Source: Dimargaris cristalligena (taxonomy: Eukaryota). Taken from it: a DNA stretch of 41,050 bases. The position numbers were made by a program, and so were the translations under genes. The stretch is taken from the NCBI GenBank assembly GCA_003614675.1, contig ML002332.1:1-41050 (forward strand). The letters run 5' to 3'. Below the pieces are notes generated by a model. That model had not been told where the DNA came from. It was given only the letters and a program-made list of their open reading frames with translations, and made no database searches. Shown here piece by piece: positions 13,923 through 26,117 of this stretch. The stretch's first letter is position 1; each line of letters starts with the position of its first letter.

Positions 13923-14418
13923 CTCATCTTTGAGACCTTTCCCCGTTTTCCGTTGTGGAGGAGCTTGCCTCTCACAAGTAAATAGGGTCACCCATATGAG
14001 CTAGTGTAGACAGGGTCTGGTATCCCATTCAACTTGGTATTATTTACATGTACATACCACCGAACCATCCTGCATACGGCTGGGATATTCGCAGGCCAAG
14101 TTCAAGTTCATTCAATGCCCCGTTTTATCTAGAAAACGACCTCACCAAGAAAGAAAGCGTCCCACGTAGTAGTAGTGGTGGTGGTGGTGGTATAGCGCCC
14201 CCAGCTGTTTACAGGGGGATGAGCGAACGGGTATTGGTGCAATTTCGCAAGACTAACCTTTGTTGGATGCACCCGACCTTTTACTGCCATACTCGCCCAG
14301 CCCGAGACATTCAAAGTCTATGCAGTTACCCTCTCATCCTCTTAATTTCTGTTCATTTCACTTGTACAATATATATATATATTGTTATTAATCACTTCTA
14401 TCACTGACACGTTTAACC

Positions 14419-16292
14419 ATGGCTACTAACCCCGCTACTACCCGCCATCGAAAGGAGGATGTTCTGGAGTTTCTGGAGAGTCTTGACCTTACCGATGTCC
14501 CAGACGAGGTGGACCCCATCGAAGCTTCCGCGACCTCACCAACCGAGGGGGATGCGGGGCAGCCGGGCCGGGTTTCACCTGGAACTAAACTGGTGGACCC
14601 CGCCGCCCCTCCGAGTAGCTTGGCGGCTGGTTCCCCCCCAGCCTTAACTCCAAACCCAAACCCAACCCCAACCCCAGCCGCGGCCTCGTCCTCTTTTACT
14701 AAAACTACGGACCACCAGGACATGCTTAAATTCATTGACGACTTGACCGAATCGGCCCAGAATTCTCTCAACGCCAGCCCGACTCCCCCGACCACCTCTC
14801 AGATTCCCCCGCCTACCCCAGCTCGTCCAGCAGCTGCCACCACCACCACCACCTCGAACCCTTCCACGTCCACAACTGTGACCACCCAAGCAGACCCCCC
14901 GGCTGCTGCCGAACCTAGCTGGTCTTGGAACGGACTGTGGAACTCCACCTCCCATATCGTTAAGTCTCAGGTCAACATGGCTTCGAACAATAATTATGTG
15001 CAATCCACTTACTCGGCCGCCAAGGGAACCCTCGACACCGTCCGGGCCAGTGAACATCACCGCCATATCAATCACCACATCGGTGCCTTGAATCTGGGTG
15101 AACGGCTAGGGCGAATCGGTAAGTAAGCAGATGGGCTCACTGATTAGTTCCCACTGGCCTCGTCGAACTCGTATTTTTATTCCTCGGCGTCAATTAGTTA
15201 TTACAAAAAACGGGCTGCCATTGTCTGCGGCGCAGGATTTGTCTAATGCTAGCATTATTCCGAATGAACCTGGCGGTCTGTCGCTTGTCAGGTCTTTGAA
15301 CATCCCCTGTTACAAGCCTGTTAACTCCACCTCCGTATACCTTACCTCGGGCTTCCTTCTTCCCCTTTCCTGCTTGGGTTTTTCCAGGAACAAATCTCCG
15401 AAGCTCCGTTAACTCCGTAATTGACACCATTGCCCCACCTCTTGAGGATAACGGCGTATTCAATGTTGCCTACGCGGCCAACCTGCCCGGTGCAGACAGT
15501 CTCAGCCACCTGATTTACCGCGAATTTGATGCCGTTGTCGAGCGATTCAGCCCAGCGGAAGTACTGGTGAAGCCATCCCAATCTTTCGCCAAGGCTAAAG
15601 AGTTACATGCCGAGGCCGGCCATAAATTTATCGTTCCAAAGGGTATTGAGGCTGGATTTGCAAAGGCCCAGGTAATATAATTTTATTCGAACTGCAATTT
15701 TTGAACGTGCGAATATCTCATATATATATATATATATATAGCACTTCGGCTTCGGGTGGTTATGCCGAGTTTGGTTGTGGGGATACCAAGTCGACTGCCG
15801 CGACTTAAGAACTAATCACTAACCAGTATTGCCTTTTTCTCTAATTCGCCCCTACTTGTACCACAGTCGATTCTCGAAGAAATGATAACAACCGATCGAT
15901 CGGGGCTGTGTCGTGCTGCTGAGAAGCGGAAAGAAGAGATTGAGCGTAACCCCCACCACCCCCTCAAATCGCCCCATTGTGCGGTGTTAATAGTCCTCCA
16001 GCCATGCATGGCTGCTCCGGCCTCGAGTGTTTCAAGCATCTTTATTTGCGGCCTCTTGTTCGACCCCCTGCGGCAGATTGAGGCGCGGACCATATCCCAG
16101 TCCATCACGCTGGATACCTGGGTCGGAAGTGTCAAAGACGCCGACAGTCTGGAGTACGAGATTGTTCAAGACGTGATAGGCCTGACCACCAAGTCACTGG
16201 CCCACGACTTTATGATTGTGTATCCGAAGCACCATCCGACGTCGCCGACCACGGAGCACCCGGCTTCAGAAGAGGCCTCGGCACCGGCCTGA
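14419..16292 (+). CDS. MTC1: Mtc1-like protein (maintenance of telomere capping protein 1 family), 3 exons: 14419-15118, 15388-15671, 15867-16292 (about 469 aa)
   Basis: N-terminal EDVLEFLESLD and DMLKFIDDL acidic helices, SWSWNGLWNSTS motif, and exon 2 VIDTIAPP...LSHLIYREF recall the fungal Mtc1 family. Introns 15119-15387 (GTAAGT..CAG, phase 1) and 15672-15866 (GTAATA..CAG, phase 0) join the three frames without stops. Confidence 0.75.
15721..15740. repeat. (TA)10 microsatellite in intron 2 of the Mtc1-like gene
   Basis: Direct sequence. Confidence 0.95.
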
Positions 16293-17179
16293 TATAGGTA
16301 TACTTATATAAAGGCCCCTACATATACAGCGTTTCCGGTGCATTAAATTACTCGACGGAGTCCAATACTTAAATGAAGTAATTTTATTTAGCGAATATGA
16401 TTAACAGGCGTGGTTATATTGGTCGTTCGAGTGACGGAGGGGGTGGATTACCTGGGAGAAGCGTCCAGCTTCAAAGTCCCGGTGTCTTATTTTGATTTTG
16501 GGGGCGTTGGTGGAGGGTGTAGCGGAGGTACATTTGGGGGTGTTCCTGTTGCCACTCCCTATAGGGAACACCACTGGGGTTTGATTGGAAGTTCAATTTA
16601 TTTCGGGCTAATATGGAACGTAAATGACCGCGGCTTTATTGAGCCAAGGCGGAAATTTCGGGGTTGTATTTTTCCAATCACCAAATGAAATTTGGTAGAT
16701 CCTCCTGGTCTACCATCTTGTTTAAGATGATTTTGCCGTACAGCCAATAATGGTATTGGGTGCCACGGAGGACAAGTTTCCTAGCCTTTGGTGGTGTTTT
16801 TGGAAGAGTTATATACATTGGTCAGGTGTGTATATGCTGCATAGAAGTTATATGCGGGTGACACGAGTATTTCATATTTATGTAGCAGACAGAGCTGGGC
16901 GGACTACCCCTGCCTATAAATTACGGCAGCCCGTGGCCTAATCCTTACTTGCGACTCGCTCTTCTTGATTATTCCCCTCCTCTAACAAAATACTTTCTTC
17001 CAGTTACTTTTTTCCGCCGTGTTATTTAGTTTAGCTCGTATTCATTGCCCCACCTAGCGTGTTCTTTGTTTCCCCATCTGTGTTTTCATTCGTTCGTTTT
17101 TTTTTTGCTTACTCCGTTCATTTCGATTTACTCCGCGTTTCTATTTCCTTCCAGCGTCATCTCTGACCCTTCGCGCAAC

Positions 17180-18185
17180 ATGGCCGGCTCCAACTCCGTC
17201 TCAGGCACCACCACCACTCTTAGTGACCGGTAGGCTAATTCTTCCAAACTGCTTCAATCCACGGCTCCCTGCCTACTTCGTTCCGGGGGGAGGAGGGGGG
17301 GTCAACGTTATTCAGTGTAGTTATAAGCAGATGCCTGTTATAGACTACCTGGCCTGTCTTTTAGTCATTTACTTGATCCGCCTCAGGCCCATGGGGATCC
17401 ACAATGGACAGAGACGGTGCTGACGGTTACCGGCAGGCGCGTAGTGATCAACCCTCTAACCGTGATCGAACGCCTAAACTACAAGCAGAGAATCCTAGAC
17501 GGGTGTCCCTCCCGCCCCCATTCTGCCCCAGTGCACGTCGTATGGAACCACTCTCCGTCGTGCCCTTGCTAACGCCCATAGCCCTTGTCGCGTCTCTTTA
17601 TATTTATAATTATTATTTTTTTACTTCCCTTCTTCTCCAAATCTACCTTCACCCTTGCCTTCGGACCTCAGAATTGCCGCCCTTAACAAGAAGCGCCGGG
17701 ATGAGTACCAGGCCAAGTCCAGCAGCGACCGGTTCAGCCAACAAATGAAGAACCGCCGGGGTGCGGAGCCCACGACCAAGAAAGATAGGCGTACCATCGT
17801 CGAGCAGTCCTTGAACAAGTCTGCGGGCCGCCGTGGACGCCCGGGCCGTACCTCAGGCCAGGCGGATGCCGCCACCACTCCTGGCACCTCCTCTAAAATC
17901 ATTAAGAAGGCTATTCGCAATGTTATCGCCTCCAAATCTCAGTCCGCCGCCAGCCCCCGGCAGTCAATCAAGGCCAAGAAACCGGCCTCTGCCTCAGGTG
18001 CCAAGAAGGCCGGCTCGAGGAGTCGTCGCAGTGGCAAGGGCACCAAGAAGCCCGAAGCCAAGCCGGCCTCGAAGGATAATCTCGATGAAGACCTGGACTC
18101 GTATATGATGCAGGACGAAGGTCACGCCAAAAACAAACTGGACGCTGACTTGGACGACTACATGGGGGATGCCCCTGAGGCCTAA
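17180..18185 (+). CDS. CHTOP/FoP-like mRNA-export adaptor with duplicated C-terminal UAP56-binding (FoP duplication) motifs; exons 17180-17229 and 17672-18185 (about 187 aa)
   Basis: Exon 1 MAGSNSVSGTTTTLSD(R) with GTAGGC donor at 17230 splices in phase 2 to CAG at 17671, giving TLSDRIAAL. Lys/Arg-rich middle; C-terminus KDNLDEDLDSYM...KNKLDADLDDYM is the tandem LDxxLDxYM motif of CHTOP-type proteins. No RRM seen, so not Yra1/ALYREF. Confidence 0.8.
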
Positions 18186-19735
18186 ATTCGTACTGCCGAA
18201 TGGTGAGGGGGGGAGGGTCACTATCGATACCGTCGCCATGGGAGGAGGTAGTGGGGTATTTATCGGATATTTTGCTCCGTCTAGTCCCTCCTGGTTCAAC
18301 TGGGCCAAGTCCATGTCGATGTATTTTGCCAACGCGCTGGTTAATCGATTTAAGTTTTCCGGCTTTTGGCCTCCCAATTACCCGAAGTTCTAATAGCCAC
18401 CGATGTAATAAATAAACTTGATGTGATAATGTACAGAGTGGGCCATGCTCTATGTCCCTTATTTTTAGATAATGTGTATTGGTGTATCAATCGGAACCCT
18501 TGTAGGTTGAGCAGTACTCTTGGCCATGTGGTGATGGTGGCTATATTAATCAGACTCGACTTCCAAACTCATACCTATTTTGACAGCGTGTCCCCCCTAA
18601 AAAAACGAAGACTGTCTCTTTGAGTCTCTTTTCCGGGCACATAATTTTTGCGCCATGCTGTGTCGGGAAATTCCTTCCAAGGAAACTGTCAAGAATACGG
18701 AATTAGCTCAACGAAAAATGTGATTATATTCTTGGGTAATTGGTAAGTGAGGTTGGTTATATCTATTGGCGATGGTACAGTTAGCATCCCTCATTTTGTG
18801 CTGGGTCCATGAATAGAGTATGAAGTCTTTTATCATCTAGCCATAGGTTAAGCCACGTCCCTCCTATTCGGAATACACACGATGCAATATATTAACCGGA
18901 GTTCGAAGGTGGTGGAAGCGGAAACCGCAAATATCCTACACGCTGGGTGATCTTCATTTCTATTCAGCCTTCGTCTTGAGTGGCTATTCTTCCCTTACCC
19001 ACGCTGACTAAGTAAAACGTAGGGTTCTCATAGTCTTCCATCGTCACCGCCTTCACTCTCGTACTTTAGACGCAATATCAAGTCGATGTTCGCTATATCA
19101 GTATAATTGATTCTAGCTCGTTGCCTTTAGCAGGATCTTCCCGATAATGATCATTTAATGGTTCAGTGCCATTTCAAAAAATAATAATAATAATATAAAA
19201 ACATCCAAAGTTAAACAGGCCAATACCCTAAGGTCCTGTAAATTTCATGCCTCGCAATGTCGGGGGCATAGCAATGGGGTCAGACAAATAGGTTAGTTAG
19301 ATCAAATGGATGGGTAGGCTTAAAATCTGAAACTCAGATACAGAAGCCCAACCAGCTCCGGGGGTAAACACCGGCACAGCTGTAAAAATACCTACTAGGA
19401 GTGAAGAGATGTCGCTTATAGACTACTCTTTATCTATAGAGATCCGGCAGCACGGAGGAAGGCTAATCGGTAATATCATGTTAAAATAGACAGTTTCGGG
19501 AAGGTGAACGATCATCAGCAAAGTACGCAAATACATCTAAATGGAGGCTCCTTACATAGGTAGTAGCGTCAATACCGCGGAAAAATCCGGGGTGCGAAGA
19601 TTGATGGGGGCAGTTCCCGATACCAATTAGAAAGCATTATTCATACACCAGAAAGACCTCCAGTATTAACTCCAGGAGCGACACTGCTGATTCCATACCC
19701 TGGCTTGATGTAAGTCCCGTAAAACTCCAATTTTC

Positions 19736-19854
19736 AGTTATGGCCACATGTCAGATTATGCTCCGTATCCCGTTAGATCTGCGAAGATAAGCTCTGATCA
19801 GCCAATTTAGTACTGAGGTGGGTGACCACTTGGGAATAGTTGGTGCTATAACTT
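19736..19854 (+). rRNA. 5S rRNA gene, copy 1
   Basis: 118-nt unit. 5' AGTTATGGC pairs with 3' GCTATAACT (helix I); conserved CCGTATCCCGT..GATCTGCGAAG.TAAG, TTAGTAC (loop E), GTGA tetraloop and TGGGAAT; followed by an oligo-T Pol III terminator. Confidence 0.9.
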
Positions 19855-20439
19855 TTTGTAATTTTTTATTGGTATTATCTATTTCAATGGCCCCATCGGT
19901 AGTTAAATGAAACAGTGTCCCCAAAGGCAATTCGGCTTTCCAGCTCGTGATTCTTAACCGCAATACGGCGACCTTTTAATCAGCTCAGCCATCACTGTTT
20001 GTTGGTGACTGGCAAAGTTCCTTCGGGAACTCACTGCAGGCATGTTCAACGCAGCTACTACAGCGAAAACCGTGGAAGCAAATTCGACATTTGCTGGCTA
20101 CAACCCACCCAATAACTTTAACATTGAGATATAGATGGTTTGGCTAACCTGTATATAGAGTTGGATCGAATACTATTGATATAGTCAAACCTATGTAATT
20201 ACTCTAGACTATTGCACATTACAGAGGTATTAAATTCGAAATCACAGCCAGCAGCTCTTTGCCACTATACTATTATCAACAATATATAAATAATACGACC
20301 CTCCTCTGGGCACATCACTTTTTACTTTATTCTAAGCTCTAGGTGGACTGATTTTATAGCACTTTCAACGGAATACTCTGCATCTTCGGATTGTTAATTT
20401 AGCTACACTAACAATAATCCATTGACGAACTTTATTTTC

Positions 20440-20558
20440 AGTTGTGGCCATATGCGTTTGTTAACACCGTATCCCGTTGGATCTGCGAAGTTAAGTATTC
20501 GACAGCTGATTTAGTACTAAAATGGGAGACCGCTTGGGAATAATCAGTGCCACAGCTT
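20440..20558 (+). rRNA. 5S rRNA gene, copy 2 (divergent variant; possibly partly degenerate)
   Basis: 118-nt unit. 5' AGTTGTGGC pairs with 3' GCCACAGCT; contains GATCTGCGAAGTTAAG, TTAGTAC, GAGA tetraloop, TGGGAAT and a T6 terminator. Two U-U mismatches in helix II and one A-C in helix IV. Confidence 0.85.
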
Positions 20559-22300
20559 TTTTATGTATGATTTTGGTGAAGTCCTGTTTAGATATCATAA
20601 GTCGTGTTCAGTTATATCAATCAAATTGTGGATATACTGGATGTGGTTATTATTTTGTGCAATAGGTAAATTTAGCCCTATAGGCCACAGCCAATGTGAG
20701 TCTTTAAAGGAGGACGGGGGTTGGGCTTGACGTTAGGTAGCTTATGCTACCGTTAATATTTCAGCTACGTGGCCAATCTTTACACCAATGTATACTCTAT
20801 ATGGTGGATTCAGGCAGGATCCTTATTTTTTATAGTCTCGGTGGATCCCGGTTTTTGTAATTGAGCCGGGTTAATGTAGATGGTTTGAGAATATGCATAT
20901 TGGGAAATCCTGGCTATTTTCACTCTGAACTATGCCCAGGTATATTGTCAAGGCCAACCTATAATTAACAGTCACGTCGAACGCTATCCAGTCGTTCTCA
21001 GTCGCCACTTCCGCTAAGTATAACCCATTATGGGGCAATCTTGCGCCTCAGCGAACGTCGTCCCCCTTCCCAACACCGCGGCTTCCCTTATATAATATTA
21101 GGGGCTTTATTGATATCGGAATCCTATCGTTGTTTTATACTAGGACTGTAGTGGCCATTTGCAATAATGTGGCACAGATAGTACTTTAACTACTACAATT
21201 TAGGCCTATAGGCTGCTGTCGGAGACAATACCAGAATTTCTAATGAGACTGCCCTAAACCACAATCCACTTCCTAGAAAAATAGGCAGCTACGCCAGAGG
21301 TGTCTCACCCACCCGCGATGCCATAAATGATAAGATCTAGTTAGGCGAAACGTCTCTAACTACACATAGCCGGATATTATGTTAACCTTGGAAAGGGACG
21401 GTGTATAAACCTGACTACCCTATTAATTAATCGCGCATTAGTGCACGGGATTGGTCATGGCCATGACAGGCCTGGTCTTGCATTTATTCATTTTGGCGGT
21501 GAGCCATACCTTCACCTCTCTCTCTCTCTCTCTCTCCCGGCCGAAGAACATACACTGCTCTACCGGACACCACGTTATATAGTAGATAAATTGGGCCTCA
21601 TTGGAACTCAAATATCTTATACCGTTAAGTATAAAGATAAACGAAGTTAAATTCTCGGAATACCCCGATAAACATACTAATATAAATACATTTTTTATAT
21701 TTAAAAAATAAAACTGAGAAACTATTGGAAGATAGTAAATAGTAAAGTAAAAGGAAAGATAAAATGATATCACGGCCGTTGCAGAGCAAATTCGGGTAAA
21801 TTAAAAATCCCCAGAGTGATTGGGAGGGTGGAAAATAGATGCTACCCACCTGAGGGTCGTATATCCGACCCTTTACCACAGGCCTGTAAGGCCCTGAGAG
21901 GCGTGAGTGTGGGCTCGCTCAATCCCATCAAGGTGCGCCAGGTTGACTGTTTGGGTATAAACGGTGCAACTGTACAAATCGGAACAACCCTCTAGAGTAA
22001 TTAAGGTAGAAGGGTCGGAACATCGACGGAAGGATAAGGTCATGCATGAGAACCGATGGGAATGACCTATTGTCTGCCATTAAGCCATTCAACTTTCCAG
22101 ACACAATCTGACAGTAGATGGCAGATAATACCAATACAGCCCCATTTTGATTTTGATAAGGAAGAGGCGAGGGAAAGTTGGATCATATATCCCGGTGAGG
22201 TCTCGGGTACCGCAGATGACCCCCAAAGTGCAAAGTATGTCTGACCGCCTCCTCCTCCCTCCCTAACCCGTGTAATCTTCTTTGGGTGATGGAGACTATA

Positions 22301-22322
22301 GAGAGAGAGAGAGAGAGAGAGA
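22301..22322. repeat. (GA)11 microsatellite just 3' of the ankyrin gene stop
   Basis: Direct sequence. Confidence 0.9.
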
Positions 22323-22341
22323 AAGAAAGGGTTCCACTAAT

Positions 22342-22809
22342 TTAATATAGGTGCGGGGCCATGACCCGGAGCATCGGATGACCGGCCGTCGATCCCTCCC
22401 GCTTCATTTTTTCCGCCTGGAGGATATGTAAGCTCTGACTGTACTTGTTTTCCCGCGCACGTTGAAAAACCGATTTACCCACCCCATCCAGCACGTTGAT
22501 ATCCACCCCGTCGTCGAACGACAGCAGCTGGAGAAGGCCCCTGGGGTTCCGGATGGCCCAGAAAATGGGGGCCACCCCGTCGATGGTGTAGGTGGGGTCG
22601 GCACCGGCGCCCACGAGCAATTGGGCGCATTCGACGTGGCCGAGGGAAAGGGCCAGCATGAGGGAGTTGAAGCAGCCGTGGTCGTCGCGGATAATGGGGT
22701 TATTGACTAAGGGACGGTGGGCCGGATTGGCGAGGAGTTTCCGGAGGCCCCGGGAGTCGTTGGCCATAATGATGAAGTAGAAGGAAAATAAAATCTGTTC
22801 GGTATCCAT
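22342..22809 (-). CDS. Small ankyrin-repeat protein (155 aa)
   Basis: caccaccATGG start context. Ankyrin-like repeats NSLMLALSLGHVECAQLLVGAGADPT, GVAPIFWAI..LLQLL..GVDINVLD and GKSVFQRA. GC3-rich compared with the flanks. Confidence 0.8.
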   Translation of the reverse strand: MDTEQILFSFYFIIMANDSRGLRKLLANPAHRPLVNNPIIRDDHGCFNSLMLALSLGHVECAQLLVGAGADPTYTIDGVAPIFWAIRNPRGLLQLLSFDDGVDINVLDGVGKSVFQRARENKYSQSLHILQAEKMKREGSTAGHPMLRVMAPHLY

Positions 22810-25800
22810 GGTGGTGGGATAGAGGAGAAACGCTGAGTAATAAGCTGCAACTTGCTTTAGTGGAGGTACTTGGCTCTGTTAGGTCAAAGAATGTGGGGTT
22901 TTAAGTCAGGATATTTTATGGAAAGGGAAGTACTGCCGGTTAGTGACCATATGGTGATAATGACAAGATAATAGGGAAAGAATAACCTGAAAGGGCATAA
23001 TCGTATTTTCCGGACACCGTAGAAAGTATAAATTAGAAAAATTAGAAAGCCGACTATTAAATACAAGGGTGAAAAGGTTCGCCAAGAAAGGGGAGGGGTG
23101 GGATTAAATACTGACTAGTTGGCATCGCACCGTAATACAGCGGTGAATCATTAATGCCAATGGGCCAAGGCTTGGCACCACTGGGGTGAGCTCAACAGGT
23201 ACCAGAACCAAGAAGTGCCCGCTTCCGTGGAATGTTACCAGCCCGGTTTGTCACCACCCGCCCATTTAAAGAATAAGGAGCACTTACGTATTTTTGAATT
23301 AGTAATGGTAATCTAGAACTACAGATAAGAAAATAGTTGGGGGAATATAAAAAGACCTATTAGAATTGTACAATAACAGAACACGGGTGATAATTGGCCA
23401 CCGTGTGGCTAAATGATTTTTTTAATAAAAAAAACGGCGGACGTAGAGATAAAGGGTTAATAAGCCAGTTGGTGGAGGGGGTGTGTCATTTATATACGTG
23501 TGCGGGTGATCATATATTTGTATAACCATGTGGACTACGAGAAATCCTCGAAACCGCAATGTCTAGCCTTTCCCGCGGTTAATAAACGGATGATAACAGG
23601 GGAAGAGGCCGATGCTCGGCTATTGCCGGTGGTGTAGACCCTGAATGGGGACAATCTGGCCGAGAGGAAGCGGGGGATGTGTTCATCTACGTATGGCCAA
23701 CATATTAATATACATGCAGAGACATCCATTTGGTTCCACGGTGAATTATCGTATGTTCCAAACCTTGTCGTTGGGGCCAGTGGCCTCATCGGCAGAGGAG
23801 CATGGGGCGGGAAGAGGAGACGAGGCGGTGGGTGGAAGGCCTAGACGTTTGGCCGGTTATTGTAAAGGGATGGTCATATAAAAATGGCCTGGTACGTACG
23901 GTATGACCCCGGTGACCAGTTGAAGAAATCTAAGGAGAGGAGGGGGGGTGCTTAATGGGGCGGGTTGGAGAATCCGGACCGGGCTCCCGGACCCGTAGAC
24001 CAAGAGGGATGAAAAGTGGGGCCATTTATGCGGAAAAGGCGTACGAAGCACGGCCGGCTCAGCTGACAAATGTATGACAGCGGCCGCTAATACAAGGGGA
24101 AGGTGGAGGGTTGGTGTAATTACTTGGCGAGTATAGGGGCGGGGCAAGGTGGATGCCATAGATGGGTGGCATTATTGCCTTGGGCGCCAATGGTGGCGGG
24201 TGGGGACGGGATAGCCGCATTGTCCGACATTGGCGAAGTTCATTGAGTGCGCTGCTTCGAAGGCTGGCCGTGTTCGGGTGGTTTGGGCGGAAGCTAATAA
24301 TAGCAGGACGGGGCCGGTTCGGAAATGTCGGAAATTAAAAAATAATAATTAAATTAGGAAGTATGATGAGGGGGTGGAATGGCGTGTTTAACCGGTTAGG
24401 GCCCACTGAACGGAATTTGACCATGCCAAATGACCATTCACTATTCGTTTTTTTTAATACCGAGCGGGATGGATGTTGTCCCATAGCCCCAGCCCGGCTG
24501 AAATTCTCGAAAAAATAAAGCGCGTAATATACATGACCGGGCCAAGATAGGACGGACGACCGTACAGTAGGGACTAACTAAGGCAGGCTATGTTCCAAAA
24601 CCACGCACTACAAGCTCCACCAACTAACTAGATGCTGTAGTGTATTTTATTTCTCACTCCAAATTAACCTATACTATTAGGAGTGTAGGGAATGCCAATG
24701 AAGCAGTATGGAGCTCGGCTTTCAATGAATACCAACGGTAAATTTCCCTAGCAGGATAGTGTTAGCCATGGGATGCTCATCCCCCTCCTCTAATAGCATT
24801 TCATGTTTGGCTGATGTGAGAGCGCTTCGACCCATTCTGGAAGGGTATTTTTACGGGCCACTACTATATATGTAAACCCAACCGGATTTCACGGTAAGAA
24901 GCCAAGTCTCTTAGCATGGCTGTCTGCAATGTCTGTCGTGGACAAGAGGCGCTATTATTTGTGCATAGGATTGAAGAGCGGAAATCTCCCAATAGGCCGA
25001 ATCCATGTCCCTTCACCATAAAGACCATTTGGGTATGGTAGGCCGGGTAATTTAATGGGGTATTAATATTGATTTCACGCCAACAACAAAATAGCCTCTA
25101 CATGCAATAGCAGCGGATCACTAATGTTGGATGCAGGAGATTAAATTCGGGGTCAGTGGGCAGTTAAGGAGGAAGCATAAGCGACAGGTAACTTCAGTGA
25201 CCACCCAATCGGCCAACCACATCCCAGTGGGGTCGGGGGATGTGCGGTACCTAGCTAGCCACGCCTGTTCGGACTTTGGAATGGAACGGCGAGTGTACGG
25301 GATCAACCGAAAGTATTCACCGGCCCATGTCTGAGTTTGACAGGGATAACGACAAGGGCTTCTCCCCAGTAGCTTATATAGGACAGTGTGTAGACAATCA
25401 CAAGCCGCCAGGAACCCAGAAGAATGGACCAGCAAGCACCCTTGATTGTCGCTTGGACACGGCCATGGATGCCCTAAGCAGGAAGGACAGCATTCCTTTT
25501 TTCTTCGTTACTAAAGTGGGACAAGTATTACTTGACCATGCAGCGGTTCAACGTGTGTGGCAACGCTTTATTAAGCCTCGTCCCCTGAAAAGGGGGAAAT
25601 GGCGGCGTGACCAGCACATTAACGAGTATCCATCGAAGTTTCGCGGAGGGTCACACGCAGCTGGGCTGGTATACGAGACTAAAACCACCCGCAGGGGTTG
25701 TGAAGTGGTTGGTGATGGTATTGACGGAGGAGGAACCCCCCACACTGAGAGAGAGAGAGAGGGAGAGAGAGTTCAATACCACTACTTACTACATCATCCC

Positions 25801-26117
25801 CTGTCTTCCAACCAATGCCCGTTGCACTGCCCTTTTTTCCCTATCCTTGCCCTTTGTCCTGTTCTTGCTATCCTTATGCCGCCTTATCAACTACCCCACT
25901 TGACGTGCCGCTCATGATCTTCTGTCTTGTATTCCCTGTTTGCTCCACGTATTATTAGCATTCCCTATTTTCATTCTACTTACCCGCCGGCTGTGGTGAA
26001 AGTGTGCATAGCACTTCTTCTACCCTTAGTCTATTTCTCAATCAGCATTGTCTGGCCTAGTAGCTGACCCGTCTGTCTCTCTACCTCTGGTCGATCCCAT
26101 AGTGTAGCCCAAGTACC

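Noticed and set aside
21148-21197. Possible third 5S relic (GTAGTGGCCAT...TAGTACT...CTACTAC); similar weak 5' match near 20760
   Set aside because: Only about 50 nt, lacks the GATCTGCGAAG core and helix IV; compatible with chance.
25276-25917. 213-aa ORF upstream of the PAM2 gene
   Set aside because: Runs through a GA microsatellite and the pyrimidine-rich leader of the next gene; no domain recognised.
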